A DNA stretch of 64,000 nt from contig JAHDFH010000001.1 in assembly GCA_020628305.1 (NCBI GenBank), forward strand, positions 65,306 through 129,305, given 5' to 3'. This stretch comes from Acidimicrobiales bacterium (lineage in GTDB: Bacteria > Actinomycetota > Acidimicrobiia > Acidimicrobiales > SZUA-35). The notes beneath the pieces are model-generated. The model searched no databases. It saw only the letters and a program-made list of their open reading frames with translations, and was not told the DNA's origin. Position 1 is the first letter of the stretch, and each line of letters starts with the position of its first letter. The translations under genes and the position numbers were made by a program. Positions 55,959-63,884 of the stretch are shown in pieces.

Positions 55959-56609
55959 TTATCTGCCAATGAACAGTCCAAGGTTGCTCTCTTTATTAAT
56001 CGGCCCTGGAATCACCAAGGTCGGCAGGTCGAAATCTTTGTACTTGATTGATGGAGTCATAGGTCTGTCGGAGTTAAAAATTGTTGGTCGCCTATTTGTG
56101 GTGACGCGAAGTGCGTAAACTGTGCGGCTGGTAGTTAGCCAAGGAACAGAGTGAAGAAAGTTGTTATCAAGGATGGCAGCGACAAACGGGAGCACAGATA
56201 CAAGTCCATGCATAGGTACGTCTCTTGGGGGGCTACTCATTGGTGCAACTGGGAGGAAGGGCAACAGGGGTTTTCTGAGTGGAACGAGCTCGAATAGTTC
56301 TTCATTTTGGACTACCTTAAAGCTTTTGCCTTTGGGAAAGTCGTTGGAGCTTGTCGGAACCAACACGGTCCCGGCAGGTTGTTCTGAGGAGTTTGGAATG
56401 GTGACGATAATTTGGAAATCTGACTTATCGTGGTGAACAATGATGTCGGTTAGTGGTCCAGTCGAGTTATAGATATCGAGTAGGGGTTCCACTCCAAACA
56501 GATCTTGAGCTAAAGCCCGCATGGCTTCTTCTAAACTGATTTGCCCAGAATCCAACAACTCTCGCAGATCGACTAGGAGTGCGTTACTGGTCACTTGTTT
56601 TTTCTGCAT
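55959..56609 (-). CDS. hypothetical protein (orphan)
   Basis: The ORF is open to TTG 56741 (260 aa), but its first 44 codons run through a copy of a noncoding-looking direct repeat (56686-56710). ATG 56609 is therefore preferred. No motif recognised. Confidence 0.4.
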   Translation of the reverse strand: MQKKQVTSNALLVDLRELLDSGQISLEEAMRALAQDLFGVEPLLDIYNSTGPLTDIIVHHDKSDFQIIVTIPNSSEQPAGTVLVPTSSNDFPKGKSFKVVQNEELFELVPLRKPLLPFLPVAPMSSPPRDVPMHGLVSVLPFVAAILDNNFLHSVPWLTTSRTVYALRVTTNRRPTIFNSDRPMTPSIKYKDFDLPTLVIPGPINKESNLGLFIGR

Positions 56610-56685
56610 CAATAGGTCCGCCTGGTCAACTTCTACGTTACCACGGTTCAGCGAAGTCCTAAACGCGTGTTGAGGAGGCCCATAG

Positions 56686-56710
56686 CCATTGGGGGACAGG
56701 TCTCGGTCGT
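56686..56710 (+). repeat. direct repeat, copy 2, flanking orphan gene 55959-56609
   Basis: CCATTGGGGGACAGGTCTCGGTCGT. Confidence 0.8.
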
Positions 56711-56876
56711 TGCGTAAAGTTTCGCCGGAGGACGGCACCAATCCGCAATCGTTGGATGTAGTGTCATTCAGCGAGGCAGAGGCCTCTGCACACCACCATC
56801 ACAAAACGGCGTCTTGTGAGGCTTATTGTTGAGGGGGGCTGTAACGAATATGGGTTTGGGTCGTCAAAGGATGTTC

Positions 56877-56916
56877 GAGATCCTCTGCGATCGTCGCGGC
56901 ATTGAGGGTGACGGCG
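56877..56916 (+). repeat. module B repeat, degenerate copy
   Basis: GAGATCCTCTGCGATCGTCGCGGCATTGAGGGTGACGGCG. It shares the GAGATCCTC head and the GAGGGTGACGG tail. Confidence 0.45.
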
Positions 56917-56929
56917 CTGATATTTGGGT

Positions 56930-57754
56930 TTACTCGTCTCGAAGTAGATCGTTCAATGCTGTTTTAGCTCTGGTTTGAGCATCAACGGTCTTGACAATAA
57001 CTGCAGCGTAGAGGCTGTGGCTACCATCTTTAGAAGGTAGCGAACCTGGCACAACAACTGAGCCTGATGGCACTCGACCGTACGTTATTTCGCCAGTCTC
57101 TCGGTTGAAGATCTTGGTTGACTGTCCAATGAAGACGCCCATTGAAAGAACTGATCCTTCTTCAACTATTACACCTTCAACGACCTCTGAACGAGCTCCA
57201 ATAAAGCAGTTGTCTTCAATAATGGTTGGGGATGCTTGAAGTGGCTCTAACACGCCACCAATTCCTACACCACCTGAAAGGTGAACGTTCTTGCCAATTT
57301 GTGCGCAGCTGCCAACTGTGGCCCAAGTGTCGACCATGGTGCCTTCATCGATGTAGGCACCAATGTTTGCATAGCTTGGCATGAAAACAACGTTAGGTCC
57401 GGCATAGACACCTCGGCGTACGTGAGCGTTTGGAACAACTCGTGTTCCTTCAGCTGCAAATCGCTCTTGGGTGTAGTCTGCATACTTGAGAGCTACTTTG
57501 TCGAAATACTTGGTGTGGCCAGCATCAATGAGTTGGTTGTCGTGTAAACGAAATGAGAGTAGAACAGCTTTTTTAGCCCACTCGTTAACTTGCCAGCCAG
57601 AATCTGTTGGCTCGGCTACTCGAAGATCACCAGACTCAAGCTGGGCGATAACAGAATTAACAGCATCTAGTTCTGGACCAGGACCTGCAGATAAGCCATC
57701 TCTGGCTTCCCAAGCTGCCTCAATAGTTGCCTGAAGTTCTGTATTGTCTGCCAT
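56930..57754 (-). CDS. dapD: 2,3,4,5-tetrahydropyridine-2,6-dicarboxylate N-succinyltransferase
   Basis: 274 aa with a hexapeptide-repeat core: [78 protein letters not shown]. Confidence 0.9.
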   Translation of the reverse strand: MADNTELQATIEAAWEARDGLSAGPGPELDAVNSVIAQLESGDLRVAEPTDSGWQVNEWAKKAVLLSFRLHDNQLIDAGHTKYFDKVALKYADYTQERFAAEGTRVVPNAHVRRGVYAGPNVVFMPSYANIGAYIDEGTMVDTWATVGSCAQIGKNVHLSGGVGIGGVLEPLQASPTIIEDNCFIGARSEVVEGVIVEEGSVLSMGVFIGQSTKIFNRETGEITYGRVPSGSVVVPGSLPSKDGSHSLYAAVIVKTVDAQTRAKTALNDLLRDE

Positions 57755-57790
57755 TGCATGCCTTTCGTAACGATTGACTCTGAGTCTATC

Positions 57791-57819
57791 GGGACATTGG
57801 GGACGGGGGTAGATGTCCC
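57791..57819 (+). repeat. G-rich-loop hairpin repeat
   Basis: GGGACAT-TGGGGACGGGGGTAG-ATGTCCC in the divergent dapD/lipoprotein intergenic region. Confidence 0.7.
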
Positions 57820-57881
57820 AACTAGCCCCGTCAAAGTTGGGTTGACATCAGTACGTCCCGCAGTACAACTACACTTATGGG

Positions 57882-58877
57882 GTGCGGAAACTTGTTCTAG
57901 CAATATGCGTTTCAACCATCGCCTTAGCGTGTGGTGAATCTGGCGAAGTGGCTCTTGAGACACAGTCTTCGTTAGTAACCACGCCGGATGCTGGTGAAGA
58001 AAATCTTTCTGAAAAACCTGGCAGTAGCTCTAGTGCGAACGATCAGACTACAATCTCGATCTCGACAACTCTTGATACCCAACAGTTGACTTCATCCTCG
58101 AGCACATCGTCATCGACCTCGGCAGTTGCACCCACCACAACAGCGACGACTGTAACAAGCAGCACAGCAGGCACAGCTAGCCCAGTCGCTGGCGGCTCTG
58201 GATCCGACTCATACTCAATCTCTAATATTCCCGGCGGCAAAGTATTGAGTGTTGACTATGCAACAGCCAATCTCGGAACTTCAACAAGTCGCTGTTCTGT
58301 GGCTTCTATTAACGCTAACTGGATGACTACAGCAACCAAAGACACGGCTAGCCCGAATCACTTGGGTATTGCTGTTGTGGACGGTGTAGTTATCCAAGGC
58401 ACCGACCCTGAGTACAGGGGAGTGTTTGGAGAACGAGTCACTTCTTTAAGCAGCAACGTAACTGACGACTGGTCCGGAAAGACGATGGTCAGTAGAACCC
58501 TGCGTAAAGGAAACTCGATTATTGAGAATCATTATGCGTGGTACACAACGGATACTTCAGGATTCAGCTGGGCAGTGTCTGGAGTGCCGCTTGTTGTAGA
58601 TGGAGAATATGATCCGAATCTGTCTACCTCAGCGCAAAGTAACTACACCTATGGTGCTGGGAATCACTCATTCATTGCGGTAAATCCGAACGGAACGCTT
58701 TCGTTTGGAGCGACGAACTCGCTGACAGCAAGGGCGCTGGCCGATCTCTTAGTTGCCCAAGGCAACGTTGATGTAATGATGTTAGACGGTGGCGGGTCGA
58801 CAGAGCTCAACATCGGCGGGCAACCTGTGGTAGCTGGTACTTCACGCAAACCAATCTGGTTTGGCATGGGCTGCTGA
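57882..58877 (+). CDS. secreted lipoprotein, phosphodiester glycosidase (NAGPA)-like domain
   Basis: Lipobox TIALACG. Ser/Thr-rich linker. C-terminal MMLDGGGSTEL motif. Confidence 0.5.
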   Translation: MRKLVLAICVSTIALACGESGEVALETQSSLVTTPDAGEENLSEKPGSSSSANDQTTISISTTLDTQQLTSSSSTSSSTSAVAPTTTATTVTSSTAGTASPVAGGSGSDSYSISNIPGGKVLSVDYATANLGTSTSRCSVASINANWMTTATKDTASPNHLGIAVVDGVVIQGTDPEYRGVFGERVTSLSSNVTDDWSGKTMVSRTLRKGNSIIENHYAWYTTDTSGFSWAVSGVPLVVDGEYDPNLSTSAQSNYTYGAGNHSFIAVNPNGTLSFGATNSLTARALADLLVAQGNVDVMMLDGGGSTELNIGGQPVVAGTSRKPIWFGMGC

Positions 58878-58880
58878 AGA

Positions 58881-58910
58881 TGGGACAATTTACCCCGTCC
58901 CCATTGTCCA
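58881..58910 (-). repeat. G-rich-loop hairpin repeat (inverse orientation)
   Basis: The reverse strand reads GGACAAT-GGGGACGGGGTAA-ATTGTCC. Confidence 0.7.
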
Positions 58911-58925
58911 GATAAGCTAGGCCAG

Positions 58926-59888
58926 GTGACATCCGTTCGCTTTGATGATTTTATGCAGAAGGCATTGTATGGAGATGGCGGCTTTTACACTTCTGGTTCG
59001 GTGACAACCGGTTCTAGAGGTGATTTTATTACCAGTCCAAATGTTGGTCCTCTGTTTGCTGAAGTCGTAGGACGGTACTTTGAAACTGTTTGGCAGCAGT
59101 CTGGCCAGGGTGAAATAACAATCTATGATGTCGGCTGTAACAAAGGTGACTTTCTAAACGCTCTATCAAAGAGCGACGTTGCTAGAGACAAACCCTGGAG
59201 ACTGGTTGGAGTGGACTACCTGCATGGCGACTTAACACCTGAAGAGTTTAATGAAGTCAATCTGGCCAACTCCATCGTGTTCGCTAACGAACTGCTCGAC
59301 AATATGCCGTTTCGAGTGTTGAGGAAAGTAGGAAAGGAACCATCGGGGACAGGTCCAAATGGTGCTTTTCAAGAACTGTTTGTGGTCAGTGGTCAACGCA
59401 CCTGGCAATCTACAAATGACTTTCCTGCGTGGGTGTCGAGCCTAGTACAGGAGCTAGAGATCGGAATAGAGTTTCCAGTTCATCAACAAGCAAGGGCCTG
59501 GGTTGAACAAGTGCTTGAACGAAAACCACTTAGCTTGCTTTGTATCGACTACGGCATGGCATCTAGCGCCGAACTAGCGGATCGTGGAGATTGGCTAAGG
59601 CTGTACCAAGACCATCAAGTGTCAACCGACTCAACTAACCTCAACAGCTCTGCCGATATCACCACCGATGTAAGTTTCGATCAGCTGCCTAAGGCCGTGA
59701 ACCTTCAGACACAGGCTCAATTTTTGAAAGAGCACGGAATTGATGAGCTTGTAGCTGAAGCAGAAAAACTAAATCCAGCAGATGCGCTAGCCAACCTGGC
59801 AGCTATGAAGATCAAAAGCAGAATCAGTGAGTCAGCGACGCTACTTGACCAAGCTAGTTTTGGTAGTTTTCTAGTGGCTGGTTGGTAG
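58926..59888 (+). CDS. class I SAM-dependent methyltransferase, MidA/NDUFAF7 (COG1565) family
   Basis: FDDFMQKALYGDGGFYTSG...GDFITSPNVGPLFAEVVGRYF and IYDVGCNKGDF (SAM motif I). Confidence 0.7.
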   Translation: MTSVRFDDFMQKALYGDGGFYTSGSVTTGSRGDFITSPNVGPLFAEVVGRYFETVWQQSGQGEITIYDVGCNKGDFLNALSKSDVARDKPWRLVGVDYLHGDLTPEEFNEVNLANSIVFANELLDNMPFRVLRKVGKEPSGTGPNGAFQELFVVSGQRTWQSTNDFPAWVSSLVQELEIGIEFPVHQQARAWVEQVLERKPLSLLCIDYGMASSAELADRGDWLRLYQDHQVSTDSTNLNSSADITTDVSFDQLPKAVNLQTQAQFLKEHGIDELVAEAEKLNPADALANLAAMKIKSRISESATLLDQASFGSFLVAGW

Positions 59889-60039
59889 CTGTTAGCTGCG
59901 AACCTGCATACCGGAAAGCGCTTGTTAGGGGCCATCTATCTTGTCCCTTGGCGTAGGAGGCTGTGCCTAAACTAGCTAAAAGGAATGATGATCTACTGAA
60001 GTTTGGTTGAACGTCATCGATCAAACTGTAGAGGAAGAA

Positions 60040-60074
60040 GCAACCCCGAAAGTGTTGAGGGTGGCGGGGGTTGC
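60040..60074. terminator. candidate bidirectional terminator hairpin between convergent genes
   Basis: GCAACCCCG-16 nt loop-CGGGGGTTGC (9-bp GC-rich stem). No clear U-tract on either strand. Confidence 0.35.
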
Positions 60075-60075
60075 G

Positions 60076-60861
60076 TTAGTGAGTCGGTCTCGTGCTTGTG
60101 GGGGTGAATAGAGATTCAACGCCACGTGGTAGGTCTGATGCTACGGAGTATTGAGAAGGGTCGGTAGGGGCGAATAGTGGTGCGAGGCCGCGTGGTAGTT
60201 GATTAACTTGGTCTAGGTCTGGTGCAGAGTCCTGAGTATGGTCGGTGAGAGAACGAACGTACTGGCTAATGGCAGCGCCAAACAAATCTTTTCTAAATCT
60301 TCTGAGGAGCTTTTGAGCTTCAGATGCACCTAAGGCAAACTCTGTAAGGAGCGGTACCTCGACGGTCCTATCTTTCAGCGCTCTATCTTTGGCGTCCATA
60401 ACCTCTTTAAGTATTTCCCAACACTCTTGGCCGTTATTTGTCCCAGTCAAGTCGCGGTACATAGCTTCAGCATTTAATAGAGCGCGACCAGATAGGTCTT
60501 GGCGATCTTCGTCACTGAATGGGATTTGCTTAGGCTTTATCAGGTGTGCACCTGCCGCAATCAAAATAAGGACGTGAATGGGTGCTTGTCCAGTGTCAAT
60601 GATCCTTCTGAGATTAACAAAATCAGAACAAGCAATGCTATCGATTACATTTTGCTCTAGAGATAGTTCTTTTCTTGGAGTAGTTCGATGCAGCTCCTCC
60701 CTCAAAGCACGCCTTAATGCTAGGGGGTTACCTCCGGCGGCCTTGGTGTCTCTTACCTTGGCTGTGTCACTGGATGATGTTGAGGGCGCAAGGTCGACGA
60801 TGGATCGCTCATCTGTAACAAACCGTTTGATAACCGTTATTTCATCAGGGGTGTAAATCAC
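60076..60861 (-). CDS. hypothetical protein (261 aa) with a tandem C-terminal LPRGxxxLFxPT motif
   Basis: Intact ORF with a predicted helical body. C-terminus reads ...QLPRGLAPLFAPTDPSQYSVASDLPRGVESLFTPTSTRPTH. Confidence 0.5.
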   Translation of the reverse strand: MIYTPDEITVIKRFVTDERSIVDLAPSTSSSDTAKVRDTKAAGGNPLALRRALREELHRTTPRKELSLEQNVIDSIACSDFVNLRRIIDTGQAPIHVLILIAAGAHLIKPKQIPFSDEDRQDLSGRALLNAEAMYRDLTGTNNGQECWEILKEVMDAKDRALKDRTVEVPLLTEFALGASEAQKLLRRFRKDLFGAAISQYVRSLTDHTQDSAPDLDQVNQLPRGLAPLFAPTDPSQYSVASDLPRGVESLFTPTSTRPTH

Positions 60862-60909
60862 TTGATGATTTTATCTAGTCTGAGAGGATCTTGAGCATTA
60901 AAATTTGAA

Positions 60910-61572
60910 CTATTTCAGTGTTTTTGTTGGCTGAGTGGGTGGAATCCTTACACTTTGTTGAGCCCTTTGAACCTTTATGCGATTCATCTGCCTTGCAGCT
61001 TCAGTTCTGAGTCGTGAGGGAGCACCGTTCATGCGATTGATTTTGCCTAAAGTGTGAATTCTGTCAGGCATGGATAAGCGGGCGTTGGCTGCTGCTTCGT
61101 CACGATCTTTGGCGTGTAGGAACTTGTCCATGTCATCAAACGTTGCCGAGTCCGCCCGCAGCTTGAGTGTTAGATATGCACGTCCAGCTAGAACGTTATC
61201 ATCTGTAGCAGCAGCGATAAACGCAACCACTAGATCAGGAGTCTTAATATTGTGGATTAAAGCTTTGATCCTTTCTTTGTTGGGTTTTCGTTTGCTGAAT
61301 TCCTTTAAACATACATCTAGCAGTGCAGTATCAAGTTCTTCCCCAACTACTCGCTCACATGCGAGAAGAAGGCCCGGTGCGTGCGGTGAGTCGCTGGCAC
61401 TCAGAAAACGAACCGTCTCAGAGTGCAGGGCCCAGGAGGGGTGCCACTTGTTCGCAAGCTCTTCCCATCTTGTTGGGTTCTCAGCAATCTCTCTATGGCT
61501 GAAGACGCGAAACTCTTGCTGCACAAGCTCTGCTATTACAGATCTAAATCCATGATCGATAATCTCCGCCAC
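60910..61572 (-). CDS. hypothetical protein (220 aa)
   Basis: Intact ORF immediately upstream of 60076-60861 on the same strand. No motif recognised. Confidence 0.5.
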   Translation of the reverse strand: MAEIIDHGFRSVIAELVQQEFRVFSHREIAENPTRWEELANKWHPSWALHSETVRFLSASDSPHAPGLLLACERVVGEELDTALLDVCLKEFSKRKPNKERIKALIHNIKTPDLVVAFIAAATDDNVLAGRAYLTLKLRADSATFDDMDKFLHAKDRDEAAANARLSMPDRIHTLGKINRMNGAPSRLRTEAARQMNRIKVQRAQQSVRIPPTQPTKTLK

Positions 61573-61621
61573 CTAAACATTGTACCGAAGTAGCATCTCG
61601 CATGGTAATCGCCTATGCGCT

Positions 61622-61688
61622 GTAGGGGATGTCTATCCGTGGCTTGTTAGAGATCCTCCTTCGGCGTTGAGCCTCGGAGGATGACCGC
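61622..61688 (+). repeat. bipartite intergenic repeat (A-like + module B), copy 3
   Basis: GTAGGGGATGTCTATCCGTGGCTTGT followed by TAGAGATCCTCCTTCGGCGTTGAGCCTCGGAGGATGACCGC. Confidence 0.8.
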
Positions 61689-61697
61689 TAAACAATC

Positions 61698-61718
61698 GAA
61701 TAGGACCGTCCCTACCGG
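61698..61718 (-). repeat. module A repeat, inverted copy
   Basis: GAATAGGACCGTCCCTACCGG is the reverse complement of CCGGTAGGGACGGTCCTATTC (compare 39513-39533). Confidence 0.7.
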
Positions 61719-61719
61719 T

Positions 61720-63159
61720 CTAAACAACTACTTCTGGGTAGAGCGGGTAGTTGGCTAGTAGCTCAGCGCAGCGTTTGCGGCAGCTTTCCACTACATCAGC
61801 ATCGATGTTGTACTTGGCTTTTGAGTCTTGACCGTTCTCATCAACTTGTGGACTAGTAGCTTTCAAAACAGTGGCAATAATGTCGGCAACTTCTTCCATG
61901 TCAGCTGGAGTCATACCAAGTGTTGTTAGAGCTGGAGTGCCGAGTCTCACACCAGAGGTGTACCAAGCGCCGTTCACATCGTTTGGTACAGAGTTGCGGT
62001 TACAAATAACGCCCGCATCTTGTAATGCTGCTTCCGCATGACGGCCAGTAAGGCCAAACGAAGTTACGTCAACAACGCAAAGGTGGTTGTCGGTTCCGTC
62101 TGAAACTAAACGAGCGCCTCTAGCTTTGAGACCTTCAGCCAAAGCGTATGAGTTGTCTGCAATGCGTTGAGCATATTCTTGAAACTCTGGTTTACGAGCC
62201 TCTGCAAATGCAACTGCTTTGGCCGCCATGATGTTGGCGAGCGGCCCGCCAAGAACCATAGGGCAGCCCTTGTCAATGAACTTGGCTAGTTCAGCGTCGT
62301 TAGAAAGAACAATACCACCACGAGGTCCACGCAAAGACTTATGAGTAGTCGATGTCACAATATGTGCATGCGCTACCGGATCATAATCGCCAGTGAGGAC
62401 CTTGCCTGCAACAAGACCGGAGAAGTGAGCCATGTCAACCATGAGCACTGCACCAACCTCGTCAGCAATGGCACGCATCTTAGCAACGTTAACTCTGCGA
62501 GGGTGAGCTGAATATCCAGCTACAAGAATAAGTGGCTTAAACTCTCGACAAAGGTTAGCTACCTCTTCATAATCGATCTGCTCAGTTTCCGGATCTACAC
62601 CGTAGCTCCGCTGGTCAAACATTTTTCCTGAAATGTTGTGACGGAACCCGTGCGTAAGGTGTCCACCGGCATCGAGGGACATACCTACCAGGCGTTGATT
62701 GCCGAAACGCTTTCTTAGCTCAGCCCAATCAGCATCAGACATCTCGTTGACGTTCTTCAAGTTAAGATCGGCCAGCATTGGCGCTTCAACTTTTTGTGCC
62801 AGAATCGCCCAAAAAGCTACCAGGTTGGCATCAATTCCCGAATGAGGCTGAACATAGGCATAGTCTGCACCGAAAAGCGCTTTTGCATGATCTGCAGCAG
62901 CAGTCTCTACCTTGTCGATGTACTCACAGCCCGCATAGAAACGGCGCCCAGGGTTGCCTTCTGCATACTTGTCACTCAGCCAGTTACCCATTGCAAGAAG
63001 TGTCGCTGGCGAGGCATAGTTTTCAGAAGCAATCAGCTTGAGCTGGCTGCGCTGGTTGTCTAACTCACCACGGATGTGATCGGCAATGTTTGGTTCTACA
63101 GCTGCAACAACCTCAAGGGCGGATTGAAAAGCTTGTGATTCGATACTGAGCTCGGGCAT
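61720..63159 (-). CDS. glyA: serine hydroxymethyltransferase
   Basis: [41 protein letters not shown] and [14 protein letters not shown] (PLP Lys). ATG 63159 has AGAGGA upstream. The ORF is open to 63240. Confidence 0.9.
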   Translation of the reverse strand: MPELSIESQAFQSALEVVAAVEPNIADHIRGELDNQRSQLKLIASENYASPATLLAMGNWLSDKYAEGNPGRRFYAGCEYIDKVETAAADHAKALFGADYAYVQPHSGIDANLVAFWAILAQKVEAPMLADLNLKNVNEMSDADWAELRKRFGNQRLVGMSLDAGGHLTHGFRHNISGKMFDQRSYGVDPETEQIDYEEVANLCREFKPLILVAGYSAHPRRVNVAKMRAIADEVGAVLMVDMAHFSGLVAGKVLTGDYDPVAHAHIVTSTTHKSLRGPRGGIVLSNDAELAKFIDKGCPMVLGGPLANIMAAKAVAFAEARKPEFQEYAQRIADNSYALAEGLKARGARLVSDGTDNHLCVVDVTSFGLTGRHAEAALQDAGVICNRNSVPNDVNGAWYTSGVRLGTPALTTLGMTPADMEEVADIIATVLKATSPQVDENGQDSKAKYNIDADVVESCRKRCAELLANYPLYPEVVV

Positions 63160-63263
63160 GGTGTGTTCCTCTGTCATGGGTTGAAATTTCTTCGCCCAGG
63201 CGCTCGGCATATGTCTAGCTGTTCCCTGGTGGTGAACCACCTTAACGCCAGTAGCAGCTATGT

Positions 63264-63884
63264 ATGAGTGTAGTTGATTCTCGAGTGCTGTCCAATCATA
63301 ATTTGGCTATGTCGAAGAGTAATTCACCCCAAGGTTTAGTTCTGTTTCATGGAGCGGGGGGAGATAAAAATCATTCCACGCTTATCGCTTTAGAGCAGGG
63401 CCTAGACCTGGCAGTAGCTCGACATAACTTTCCATACAGAGATAAGAACCCCGGAAAGCCTGCTGGGCCCAACGCAATGCCGACCTTGGTCAAGACAGTT
63501 GTTGCAGCAGTAGAGCAAGCAGCCGCAAACTTGGGAGTGCCAACCTCTCAAATAGCAGTTGGTGGGAGATCGCTAGGAGGCAGAGCAGCTTCAGTTGCAG
63601 TTTCTGAAGGGCTAGAAGTTGCCGGTCTTTTGCTATTGAGCTACCCTCTGCATCCGCCTGGCAAGCCCGAACGGCTCCGAACTGAGCATTTTGGAAGAAT
63701 TAGCTGCCCGATTTTGGTGATTCAGGGTAAATCTGACCCCTTTGGTAAGCCTGAAGAAATTGAGAAGCATTTCGCAATATTTGGCCGAAAGTCCACTCTC
63801 AAAGCGGTTATTGGGGCGCACCAACCTAAAGATCAAGACAAGCTGATAGTCGAGGCGACCCAGTCGTGGATGGGTAGCTTGTGA
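63264..63884 (+). CDS. alpha/beta-fold hydrolase (COG3571-like)
   Basis: VLFHGAGG, nucleophile elbow [23 protein letters not shown]. Confidence 0.6.
   Translation: MSVVDSRVLSNHNLAMSKSNSPQGLVLFHGAGGDKNHSTLIALEQGLDLAVARHNFPYRDKNPGKPAGPNAMPTLVKTVVAAVEQAAANLGVPTSQIAVGGRSLGGRAASVAVSEGLEVAGLLLLSYPLHPPGKPERLRTEHFGRISCPILVIQGKSDPFGKPEEIEKHFAIFGRKSTLKAVIGAHQPKDQDKLIVEATQSWMGSL

Noticed and set aside
57791-58910. The C-rich loops on the complementary strand of the G-loop hairpins as copies of the actinobacterial 6C RNA.
   Set aside because: 6C RNA, as I recall it, has two adjacent hairpins, each with a C-rich loop, at a single locus. Here there are isolated single hairpins scattered at several loci, so the resemblance is only compositional.
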